Source: an uncultured Actinomycetota bacterium
GTDB lineage: Bacteria > Actinomycetota > UBA4738 > HRBIN12
Direction of reading: 5' to 3'
DNA: 64,000 nucleotides
Assembly (NCBI GenBank): GCA_963788925.1
Contig: CAWBIH010000002.1
Location: forward strand, 218,568-282,567
The notes beneath the pieces are model-generated. The model was not told where the DNA came from. It saw nothing but the letters and a program-made list of their open reading frames with translations, and did no database searches. Numbering within the stretch: position 1 is the first letter of the stretch; each line of letters begins with the position of its first letter. Positions 19,710 through 27,643 of this stretch are shown here, piece after piece. The translations under genes and the position numbers were made by a program.

Positions 19710-21842
19710 GTGAGCTTGCCGGCGACGCAGGCCCGGCTCGATCAGCCCAGATCGCGCTGGCCGTGGCTGCTCTGCGCGCTCGCGGTGCTCCTGGTGCTCG
19801 CGGCGATCACGCTCTACGTCATCGGCGGACCCGGCGACCAGGCTTCGACGGACACCCTCGTGTTCCTGCCTGTGGTCCTCCTCACCATCCTGGGCTACTC
19901 GACCGTCGGGGCGATCCTCGCCTCGAGGAACACGAGGAACCCGATGGGCTGGATCATGTTGACGGTCGGTCTTGCCTTCGCCCTCGCACAGGCGACGGAG
20001 ACCTACGCCAAGTACACCCTGGAGATCGATCCCGGCGTCCTCCCGTTCGGTGCGGTCGCCGCCTGGTTCGGGACCTGGGACTACGCCGTCGCGTTCTGCG
20101 CGCTTCTGGTTCTCGCCCAGCTGTATCCCTCGGGCCGTGTCCTCAGCCCCCGCTGGCGGAAAGTGCCATGGATCGTGGTGGCGGCCGCATCCGTCGCATC
20201 GGTGGGAACGGCGTTGGGTCCGGGAACGCTCGAGGTCGAGACCGGGTTCGCGGTCGATAACCCCTTCGGGCTCGAGGCGATCCGTCCGATCGTCGAGATC
20301 ACCGGTGGGATCGGATGGATCGTTCTGCTCGCCTCGGTGCCGGTCTCGATCGCGTCGCTCGTGCTGCGCTTCCGCCGCTCGGAGGGCGAATCGAGGCAAC
20401 AGATCCGATGGCTCGCCTTCATCGCCGTCGCGGTGGTCGCATCCCTCCTGCTTGCCGCCGCGGCCGTGATCGTCTTCGGAGAGCGATTCGACCGATCCAT
20501 CGGTCCAGAGGTGTTCTTCGGCGTGATCTTCTCGCTCATCGGCGTGGGCGTGCCGGCGGCGATGGGTGTCGCGGTCCTGAAGTACCGCCTCTACGACCTC
20601 GACCTCGTGATCAAGAAGACGATCGTGTTCGCGATCCTGGTCCTGCTGCTGCTCGCCCTCGTGGGCGTCGGCGCCCTGCTGCTCGGCGGCACGCTGGTGC
20701 CGTCGCTCTCCGACCGGCCCCCGCTGCTCGTCGTGTTCGGAGTCGTGTTCGGGCTGCTCGTCATCCCGGCGTACCGGCTGGCGCGCAGGATCGCGGATCG
20801 CGTGGTCTACGGCGGTCGAGCGTCTCCCTACGAAGTCCTTTCCGAGTTCTCCGAACGGGCGAGCGAGACGTACTCGACCGAGGACGTGCTGCCGCGGATG
20901 GCGCAGCTGATCGGCCAGGCCACGGGCGCGGACGCAGCGAGGGTGTGGCTCAAGGTCGGCTCCGAGCTGCGCCCGGCGGCCGCCTGGCCGGCCGAGGCGA
21001 TCGGGACACGATCGCTGCCTTCTCGTGACGGCGAGCTGCCCGACTTCGAGGACACGGCCGTCGAGATCCGCCACCAAGGTGAGCTGCTCGGTGCCCTCAC
21101 GCTCGAGATGCGCGCGAGCGATCCGATGAATCCGTCGAAAGAGCGGATCGTCCGTGACCTTGCCTCGCAGACCGGCCTCGTGCTTCGGAACGTGCGCCTC
21201 ATCGAAGAGCTCCGAGAGTCCCGGCGCAGGATCGTCACGGCGCAGGACGAGCGCGCCAGGAAGCTCGAACGCAACATCCACGACGGCGCACAACAGCAGC
21301 TGGTCGCGCTGGCCGTGAAGGTCGGGCTCGTCGAACGCCTCGTACAGGCCGACGCGCAGAAGGCCGTGGCGATGCTCGGCGAGGTGAAGAGCGAAGCCAA
21401 CGACGCGCTCGAGAACCTCCGAGATCTCGCGCGAGGGATCTACCCGCCGCTGCTCGCCGACCAGGGCCTCGCCGCGGCGCTGGGCGCGCAGGCTCGGAAG
21501 GTGTCGATCCCGGTCGCCGTCGAGCCGGACGGGATCGGCCGCTATCCGGAAGAGACGGAGGCGGCGGTGTATTTCTCCTGCCTCGAAGCCCTGCAGAACA
21601 TCACGAAGTACGCGGGCGCGTCGAGGGTGACCGTGCGGCTCGCTCAGGCCGACGGCACCCTTACGTTCGAGGTGAGCGACGACGGCCGAGGCTTCGACCC
21701 GGGCGTCGTCGGACACGGCACGGGTCTCCAGGGGATCGCCGACCGCCTCGCCTCGCTCGGCGGCGAGCTCGAGGTCAGGTCGGCGATCGGCGACGGCACG
21801 ACCGTTGCCGGACGCCTCCCGGTCCGTGGGGAAAGCCCATGA
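19710..21842 (+). CDS. membrane sensor histidine kinase (multi-TM - GAF-like - HisKA_3 - HATPase_c), paralogue 2
   Basis: GTG start at 19710 preceded by a GAAGG ribosome-binding site. The track ORF from 19161 overlaps the antisense usp gene and is too long. The GAF/HisKA_3/ATPase region is highly similar to the kinases at 14991 and 21839. Confidence 0.85.
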   Translation: MSLPATQARLDQPRSRWPWLLCALAVLLVLAAITLYVIGGPGDQASTDTLVFLPVVLLTILGYSTVGAILASRNTRNPMGWIMLTVGLAFALAQATETYAKYTLEIDPGVLPFGAVAAWFGTWDYAVAFCALLVLAQLYPSGRVLSPRWRKVPWIVVAAASVASVGTALGPGTLEVETGFAVDNPFGLEAIRPIVEITGGIGWIVLLASVPVSIASLVLRFRRSEGESRQQIRWLAFIAVAVVASLLLAAAAVIVFGERFDRSIGPEVFFGVIFSLIGVGVPAAMGVAVLKYRLYDLDLVIKKTIVFAILVLLLLALVGVGALLLGGTLVPSLSDRPPLLVVFGVVFGLLVIPAYRLARRIADRVVYGGRASPYEVLSEFSERASETYSTEDVLPRMAQLIGQATGADAARVWLKVGSELRPAAAWPAEAIGTRSLPSRDGELPDFEDTAVEIRHQGELLGALTLEMRASDPMNPSKERIVRDLASQTGLVLRNVRLIEELRESRRRIVTAQDERARKLERNIHDGAQQQLVALAVKVGLVERLVQADAQKAVAMLGEVKSEANDALENLRDLARGIYPPLLADQGLAAALGAQARKVSIPVAVEPDGIGRYPEETEAAVYFSCLEALQNITKYAGASRVTVRLAQADGTLTFEVSDDGRGFDPGVVGHGTGLQGIADRLASLGGELEVRSAIGDGTTVAGRLPVRGESP

Positions 21843-23920
21843 ATCAGCGGCGTCTCGCCTGGACGATCTGGGGCGTCTCGGTCGCGTTCCTCATCGCGTG
21901 GTTGATCGTGGACGCGTCGAGCACGCCGGTCGACATCGGCGAGTACGCCTTCGTCGTGTTCGCGGTGCTCCTGTACTCGACCGTCGGAGTACTGATCACG
22001 TCGCGACAGCCGGCGAACCGCGTCGGCCTGTTGTTCGCCTGGGTCGGGCTCTCCGCGTCCATCAGTGGCCTGGCGGGCTCGTACGCCGTCATGGCCCAGC
22101 AGCGGGACCTGCCTTTCCTCGCCGCGTCGGCATGGGTCGGGCGGGTCGGGTTCGTCGCGATGTTCGGTCCGCTCGCGTTCCTCTTCCTCATCTTCCCCAC
22201 CGGCCGGCCACTGTCCCGCCGCTGGGGCTGGCTCATGAAGGCGATGATGGTCGGCTTCGCCATCACGCTGATCGGGTTCGCGTTCACTCCCGGATCCCTC
22301 ACCGCCGGGTTCGCCGAACTGCCGCGCCCGGTCGCGAACCCGATCGGGTTCCCGATCTCCTGGAAGCCGGCGATGGAGGCGGTCACGACAGCAGCCGGTT
22401 TCCTCGTGTTCGTCGGTGCGCTGCTGTCCGTCGTCTGCCTGATCCAGCGCTACCGTCGCGCCGCGCAGCTCGAGCGGCAGCAGATCAGATGGCTGGCGTT
22501 CCTCGGTGTGTTCCTCGGGGTCATCTTGTTGATCTCCATGGGGCTGTTCTCCACCGGCATCGTCAGCGACGACAGCGTCGCCTCGGGCGTCGCCTTCTTC
22601 ACCTTCATCTTCGGCGTGTTCCTCGGCATCCCGGCGGTGTGCGGCCTCGCGATCCTGCGGCACGGCCTGTGGGACCTCGACGTCGTGGTCCGGAAGACCG
22701 TGCAGTACGGACTCCTCGTCGCCGGGTTCGTGCTTGTCCTGGGGGTCGTCGTCTTCCTGGCGCCGCTCATGTTCATCGGCGTGGGAGGCAGCGTCGATGT
22801 GCCGACGCTCGTGGTCGCAGCCCTCCTCGCGGTCGGGTTCACGTTGGTGCGGTCCCGGGCGCGCCGTTGGGCGAATCGGATCGTCTACGGCAAGCGATCG
22901 ACCCCGTACGAGGTCCTCTCCGAGTTCGCCGAACGCGTAGGAGGTACGTACTCAACGGAGGACGTCCTCCCGCGGATGGCCCAGCTCCTCGGTGAAGCGA
23001 CCGGCGCGCGGGAGGCTCGGGTCTGGCTGCGCATCGGCAACGAGATGCGGGCGGATGCATCCTGGCCTCTCGATGCCGCGCAGACCCGGAACGTGCCGGC
23101 CCGGGCAGACGAGCTCCCAGACTTCGGTGACGACGTTGCATTCGAAGTGAGGCACCAGGGCGAGCTGCTCGGTGCGCTCACCGTTTCCGTGGCGGCCAAC
23201 GACCCGATGAACCCGACGAAGGAGAAGCTCGCGCGCGATATGGCCGCACAGGCGGGCCTGGTGCTCAGGAACGTCCGCCTGATCGAGGACCTTCGGGAAT
23301 CGCGCCGCCGGATCGTCAGCGCGCAGGACGAGCGAGCCCGCGCGCTGGAGCGGAACATCCACGACGGCGCGCAGCAACAGCTCGTGGCCCTCTCGGTGAA
23401 GCTCCGCCTCGCGACCGGGTTCGTCGAACGCGACCCGGCGAAGGCCAGGGCCATGTTGGAGGAGCTGCAGGGCCAGACGACGGAGACGCTGGAGGACCTC
23501 CGCGATCTCGCTCGAGGGATCTACCCGCCGCTGCTCGCCGACAAGGGTCTTCCAGCCGCGTTGGAAGCCCAGGCGAGGAAGTCGCCCGTTCCCGTGACCG
23601 TGCAACCCGACGGTGTGGGCCGCTACCGCCAAGATGTCGAGTCGGCCGTCTACTTCTGTTGTCTCGAGGCGCTCAACAATGTCGCGAAGTACGCCGACGC
23701 GTCCTCCGTCGAGATCCGCCTGCAGCAGAGCGACGGCGAGCTTCGTTTCCAGGTGGCGGACGACGGGCGCGGATTCGACACCGCGGCCATGAGTGACGGC
23801 ACCGGTCTCCAGGGGATGGCCGACCGCCTCGACGCGATCGGAGGGATGTTCGAGATCGTGAGCGTCCCCGGGGCCGGCACCACCGTGACGGGCCGGCTTG
23901 CGGTGCTGGAGGCCGGTTAG
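21839..23920 (+). CDS. membrane sensor histidine kinase, paralogue 3
   Basis: 693 aa with the same architecture. Its ATG overlaps the stop of the previous kinase as ATGA, indicating tandem duplication with translational coupling. Confidence 0.85.
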   Translation: MNQRRLAWTIWGVSVAFLIAWLIVDASSTPVDIGEYAFVVFAVLLYSTVGVLITSRQPANRVGLLFAWVGLSASISGLAGSYAVMAQQRDLPFLAASAWVGRVGFVAMFGPLAFLFLIFPTGRPLSRRWGWLMKAMMVGFAITLIGFAFTPGSLTAGFAELPRPVANPIGFPISWKPAMEAVTTAAGFLVFVGALLSVVCLIQRYRRAAQLERQQIRWLAFLGVFLGVILLISMGLFSTGIVSDDSVASGVAFFTFIFGVFLGIPAVCGLAILRHGLWDLDVVVRKTVQYGLLVAGFVLVLGVVVFLAPLMFIGVGGSVDVPTLVVAALLAVGFTLVRSRARRWANRIVYGKRSTPYEVLSEFAERVGGTYSTEDVLPRMAQLLGEATGAREARVWLRIGNEMRADASWPLDAAQTRNVPARADELPDFGDDVAFEVRHQGELLGALTVSVAANDPMNPTKEKLARDMAAQAGLVLRNVRLIEDLRESRRRIVSAQDERARALERNIHDGAQQQLVALSVKLRLATGFVERDPAKARAMLEELQGQTTETLEDLRDLARGIYPPLLADKGLPAALEAQARKSPVPVTVQPDGVGRYRQDVESAVYFCCLEALNNVAKYADASSVEIRLQQSDGELRFQVADDGRGFDTAAMSDGTGLQGMADRLDAIGGMFEIVSVPGAGTTVTGRLAVLEAG

Positions 23921-23927
23921 ACCTGCC

Positions 23928-24305
23928 TCAGGCGGCGCCGCGCGCGGCGGCCCACGCCTCTTCCAGCCGGTCGGGGCCGAAGGCCGACTTGGGGATGTAG
24001 GCGGCCGCGCCGCACTCCGCGGCGCGCGGCGCGTACTCCTCTTCTTCATACGTCGACAGGAGCAACACGACGGAGCTGTTCGCGTTGTCGGCGAGGATCT
24101 GGCGAGTGGCGTCGAGCCCGTTGATCCCCGGCAGGTTCACGTCCATCAGGACGAGATCCGGCGTGAGATCGGACGCCATCGTCACGGAATCCTCACCGGT
24201 CTCGGCTTCGCCCACGACTTCGAAGCCCTCCGTGGCATCGACCACCATCCTGGCCGCCATCCGGAAGGGCTCCTGATCGTCCACGATGAGAACCCGCACC
24301 GTCAT
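23928..24305 (-). CDS. single-domain response regulator (REC only)
   Basis: Start at MTVRVLIVDDQ. Has the conserved Asp context (LVLMDVNLP) and no output domain. Convergent with kinase 3. Confidence 0.75.
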   Translation of the reverse strand: MTVRVLIVDDQEPFRMAARMVVDATEGFEVVGEAETGEDSVTMASDLTPDLVLMDVNLPGINGLDATRQILADNANSSVVLLLSTYEEEEYAPRAAECGAAAYIPKSAFGPDRLEEAWAAARGAA

Positions 24306-24388
24306 CCGTTCCTCCACACGCAAGCGTCCCACCGACGGCTGCATGCGCCAGGGGTGCCAGCACCACAGTTGTCGTCCCCCGAGCGACC

Positions 24389-25513
24389 CTACGCCGCAAC
24401 GTCGCCGAGGCGGAGGAACGCCCGCTCGAGGACCAGACGGGTGTTGAGGTTGATGTCATCGGCGAGGGCGGCGCGCGCCTCCTCGACCGCCGCCATGCCA
24501 CGGGCCGCCCGGACGACGGGGAGGCGCGCGCCGCCCGCCTCGCCCGCCAGGTCGGGGTTGAGCAGGACCTCGATCCCCCCGCCGACCTCGGAGGCCACCG
24601 AATCCCGGAGCAGGGCGGACACACCCAAGAGCACCCAGTCGACGTAGTCCCGCTCCGCGCGGCGCTCCCGCCGCTGGAACCTGAGCTCGAGACGTTTGAT
24701 CGCGCCCCGGTAGGCCTCCTCGAGCTGACCACGATCGTCCAGGAAGGGCGCGAGCTCCTCCTTCAGCTGGTCTTTCATCCCTTTCTTGTAGCCGGCGGCC
24801 GCCTGCAGGACGACATCCGCCGCTTCGAGGGCGCCGGCCGGCCCCGCCACGGCGAGCTCGATCGCGGTCCTTGCGGCGTCCCGGAACCGGAGCCCCTCAT
24901 CCGACCCTGCGAGCCTCCTCGCCCGTCCCAGGTTCCCTCCGGCCAGACGCGCCGCCAGCCGCGCCCGGACGTCGTCGGCGCCCGCTCGTATCAGCTCCTC
25001 GACGACGAAGGCTTCCGGCAGCGCGGTGAACGTGACGATGTGGCAGCGGGACAACACGGTCTCGGGCAGCTCGTGCGCCCGTGCCGACAGCAGGAGCAGG
25101 ACCGCGTCCGCGGGAGGCTCCTCCAGCACCTTCAGCAAGGTGTCGGCGGCCGAGGGTGAGAGACGGTCGGCCTCGCGAACGATGAAGAGCTTCCTTCCCG
25201 GCTCCGGCGCCGTTCGGTACGCGGGCTGCCAGACCTCGGTGCGGATCGTCTCGACGTGGATGTCGCGGCCCTCGGGCTCGATGACGAACTGGTTCGGATG
25301 GTGGTCCTCCTCCGCGAGGCGGCAATCGCGGCACTCGCCGCACCCTCCCTGCTTGCACAGCAGCGCGGCGGCGAACGCTCGGGCGGCGAGCGACTTCCCG
25401 CTGCCCTCGGGACCCGCGAACACGTAGGCGTGGTGGGGGCGCTCGGTCGCGCCGCGCAGGAACGCGATCGCGGCCACCTGGCCGGGGACGCGATCGAGGA
25501 CGGGAACGGTCAC
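24389..25513 (-). CDS. holB: DNA polymerase III subunit delta-prime
   Basis: 374 aa with the AAA P-loop GPEGSGKS, a zinc module (CGECRDC) and an SRC-like motif. Lies in the topA-tmk-holB arrangement. Confidence 0.8.
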   Translation of the reverse strand: MTVPVLDRVPGQVAAIAFLRGATERPHHAYVFAGPEGSGKSLAARAFAAALLCKQGGCGECRDCRLAEEDHHPNQFVIEPEGRDIHVETIRTEVWQPAYRTAPEPGRKLFIVREADRLSPSAADTLLKVLEEPPADAVLLLLSARAHELPETVLSRCHIVTFTALPEAFVVEELIRAGADDVRARLAARLAGGNLGRARRLAGSDEGLRFRDAARTAIELAVAGPAGALEAADVVLQAAAGYKKGMKDQLKEELAPFLDDRGQLEEAYRGAIKRLELRFQRRERRAERDYVDWVLLGVSALLRDSVASEVGGGIEVLLNPDLAGEAGGARLPVVRAARGMAAVEEARAALADDINLNTRLVLERAFLRLGDVAA

Positions 25514-25544
25514 GAGCGCACGCTATCGCGGGCCACCGACGACG

Positions 25545-27641
25545 TCAGTCGGAGGGCAAGGCCTCGGGTTCGGCCTCGTCATCGTTCGAGCCCGTCGCAC
25601 CCGACTCCGCGGCGCCGGCGGCCGGCTTGAGCGATCCGGCGCCGCCGCCTTCCTCACGCTCACCGATCGCTTTGTCGAGCGCGACCCGCACGGCGTCGAA
25701 CACCTCGGCCACGGGCTTGTCCGCGTCGATGACGACGATCCGCTCCGGGTGTTCTTCGGCGATCTTCAGGTACGCGTCGGCCACCTTGGCGTGGAAGTCC
25801 TGCCCCTCGAGCTCCATCCGGTCGGGCGCCTCGGTCGACCGGAGCAAGCCTCGCTCGGGTTCCAGATGCAGCAGGATCACGAGGTCGGGGAACAGCCCTT
25901 GCGTACCCCACACGTTCAACGTGAGGATGTCCTGCTCGCCCAAGCCTCGCCCCCACCCCTGGTACGCGAGCGAGGAGTCCACGTATCGGTCACAGATCAC
26001 GACCTTCCCCTCCGCGAGGGCGGGCCGGATCACCGAATGCACCGTCTGCGCGCGCGAGGCCGCGAACAGCAAGGCTTCGGTCCGCGAGTCGAGCTTCCCC
26101 GTCTCGGGGTCCAGCAGCAGCTCACGCACCCGTTCGCCGACCGCGGTCCCCCCCGGCTCGCGCGTCACCAGCACGTCGTACCCCTCGGAGCGCATGAACT
26201 CCTCCGCCATCCGCACCTGGGTGCCCTTGCCGGAGCCCTCGACGCCCTCGAAGGCGATGAAGAACCCGGTGGCCGGTGGCCGCTTCAGCTTCGGCACGAG
26301 GGTGAGGGGTTGGGGGCGAGAGAGCCGGTATCGCTTGAGGAGCCGCCACGTGTTGAGACCGGCGATGGCCACCGCGATGCCCGCGCTCGCGAGAGCCAGT
26401 CGGATCCCGAGCTCGGAGCCGGCGCCCAACGTCCCATAGACACCCGCCAGCGTAGGGAACGTGGCGAGGGAGAGGAACAACCCCATCCGCGAAAGCACCG
26501 TGAGCGAGGCGAACGTGCGACCTCGGAACTCGTCCCGGACGTTCTCCTGCAGCAAGGTGTAGCCGGTGACCCAGGCCAGCCCGCAGAACGCACCGAGCCA
26601 GACGGTCACGACGGCGGCGAAGGCGAACGTCGGCATCGCCGAGAGCACGAACAGGGTGGCGGCGGCCACGACGATCGACCACGGGAAGATCGAGACGCGA
26701 TCGATGAGGCGGGAGACCTGGTTGGCGCTCGCCATCCCCAGGCCGATCCCGACGCCGAACGCCGTGACCATGAACCCCCAGCCCCCCTTGTCGGCGCCGA
26801 GGGTGTCGACGACGAAGATCGGCGCGAGCGCCAACACGGCGCCGACGGCGGAGAAGGCGACCACGATCCCGGCCGTCATCGCCGAGGCCATGGAGTCCTC
26901 GCGGAGGAACCGGATCCCGTCGCGCACGTCGCGCCAGATGCGCGAGAAGTCCAGACGCCCGGTGAGCATCGCCGGCGAGGGAGGGATCGGAACGCGGCTG
27001 ATCATGGCGGCCGAGAACACGAACGTCGCGGCGTCGAGGAACAGCGGCACGGCCTGGTCGCGTCCTCGGAGGATCGGGATCGCGTGGCTGAGCAGCGTGT
27101 TCAGTCCGACGAGCACGGTGAACACGATCCCGCCGAGCGGAAGGGTGCCGTAGGTGGAAGCGAGCGCGATCGAGTTCGCGTTCGCGAGCTGGCGGCGGGG
27201 AACCAAGTTGGGGAGCGACGCGTCGCGGGCGGGCCCCCAGACGAGAGAGAAGCTCTCGATCGCGAACGACAGCGCGTAGATCGCCCAGAGTTGCCCGATG
27301 AACACCATCGCGACGTACATCGTGCCGCGGGCGAGGTCGGCCATGACCATGATGCGTTTCCGGTCCAGCCGGTCGACGAGGGTCCCGGCGATCGGCCCGA
27401 ACAAGACGGCGGGGAGCGTGCGCGCGAGCATCAGGCCCGCGACGGAGAACGCGGCTCCGCCGGTGCCGCCGGCGAGATCCGCAACGAGCGAGGTCACGGC
27501 GAGGAATCCCACCCAGTCCCCGAGCGAGGACACGGACATCGCTGCGAGGAGCCGCGCGAACGGCGGATGCGTGAGCAGATCGCCGAGCGTCGCCGACCGG
27601 GTGCCGCGAAGCGCGGCAACCTCGTCGGCGACGCTCGCCAC
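25545..27641 (-). CDS. tmk: thymidylate kinase fused to an N-terminal 12-TM MFS-like membrane domain
   Basis: 698 aa. About 430 aa of polytopic membrane domain are followed by a Tmk P-loop (FIAFEGVEGSGKGTQ), DRY motif and lid. From memory, the same fusion occurs next to topA in Streptomyces. Confidence 0.8.
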   Translation of the reverse strand: MASVADEVAALRGTRSATLGDLLTHPPFARLLAAMSVSSLGDWVGFLAVTSLVADLAGGTGGAAFSVAGLMLARTLPAVLFGPIAGTLVDRLDRKRIMVMADLARGTMYVAMVFIGQLWAIYALSFAIESFSLVWGPARDASLPNLVPRRQLANANSIALASTYGTLPLGGIVFTVLVGLNTLLSHAIPILRGRDQAVPLFLDAATFVFSAAMISRVPIPPSPAMLTGRLDFSRIWRDVRDGIRFLREDSMASAMTAGIVVAFSAVGAVLALAPIFVVDTLGADKGGWGFMVTAFGVGIGLGMASANQVSRLIDRVSIFPWSIVVAAATLFVLSAMPTFAFAAVVTVWLGAFCGLAWVTGYTLLQENVRDEFRGRTFASLTVLSRMGLFLSLATFPTLAGVYGTLGAGSELGIRLALASAGIAVAIAGLNTWRLLKRYRLSRPQPLTLVPKLKRPPATGFFIAFEGVEGSGKGTQVRMAEEFMRSEGYDVLVTREPGGTAVGERVRELLLDPETGKLDSRTEALLFAASRAQTVHSVIRPALAEGKVVICDRYVDSSLAYQGWGRGLGEQDILTLNVWGTQGLFPDLVILLHLEPERGLLRSTEAPDRMELEGQDFHAKVADAYLKIAEEHPERIVVIDADKPVAEVFDAVRVALDKAIGEREEGGGAGSLKPAAGAAESGATGSNDDEAEPEALPSD

Positions 27642-27643
27642 GC

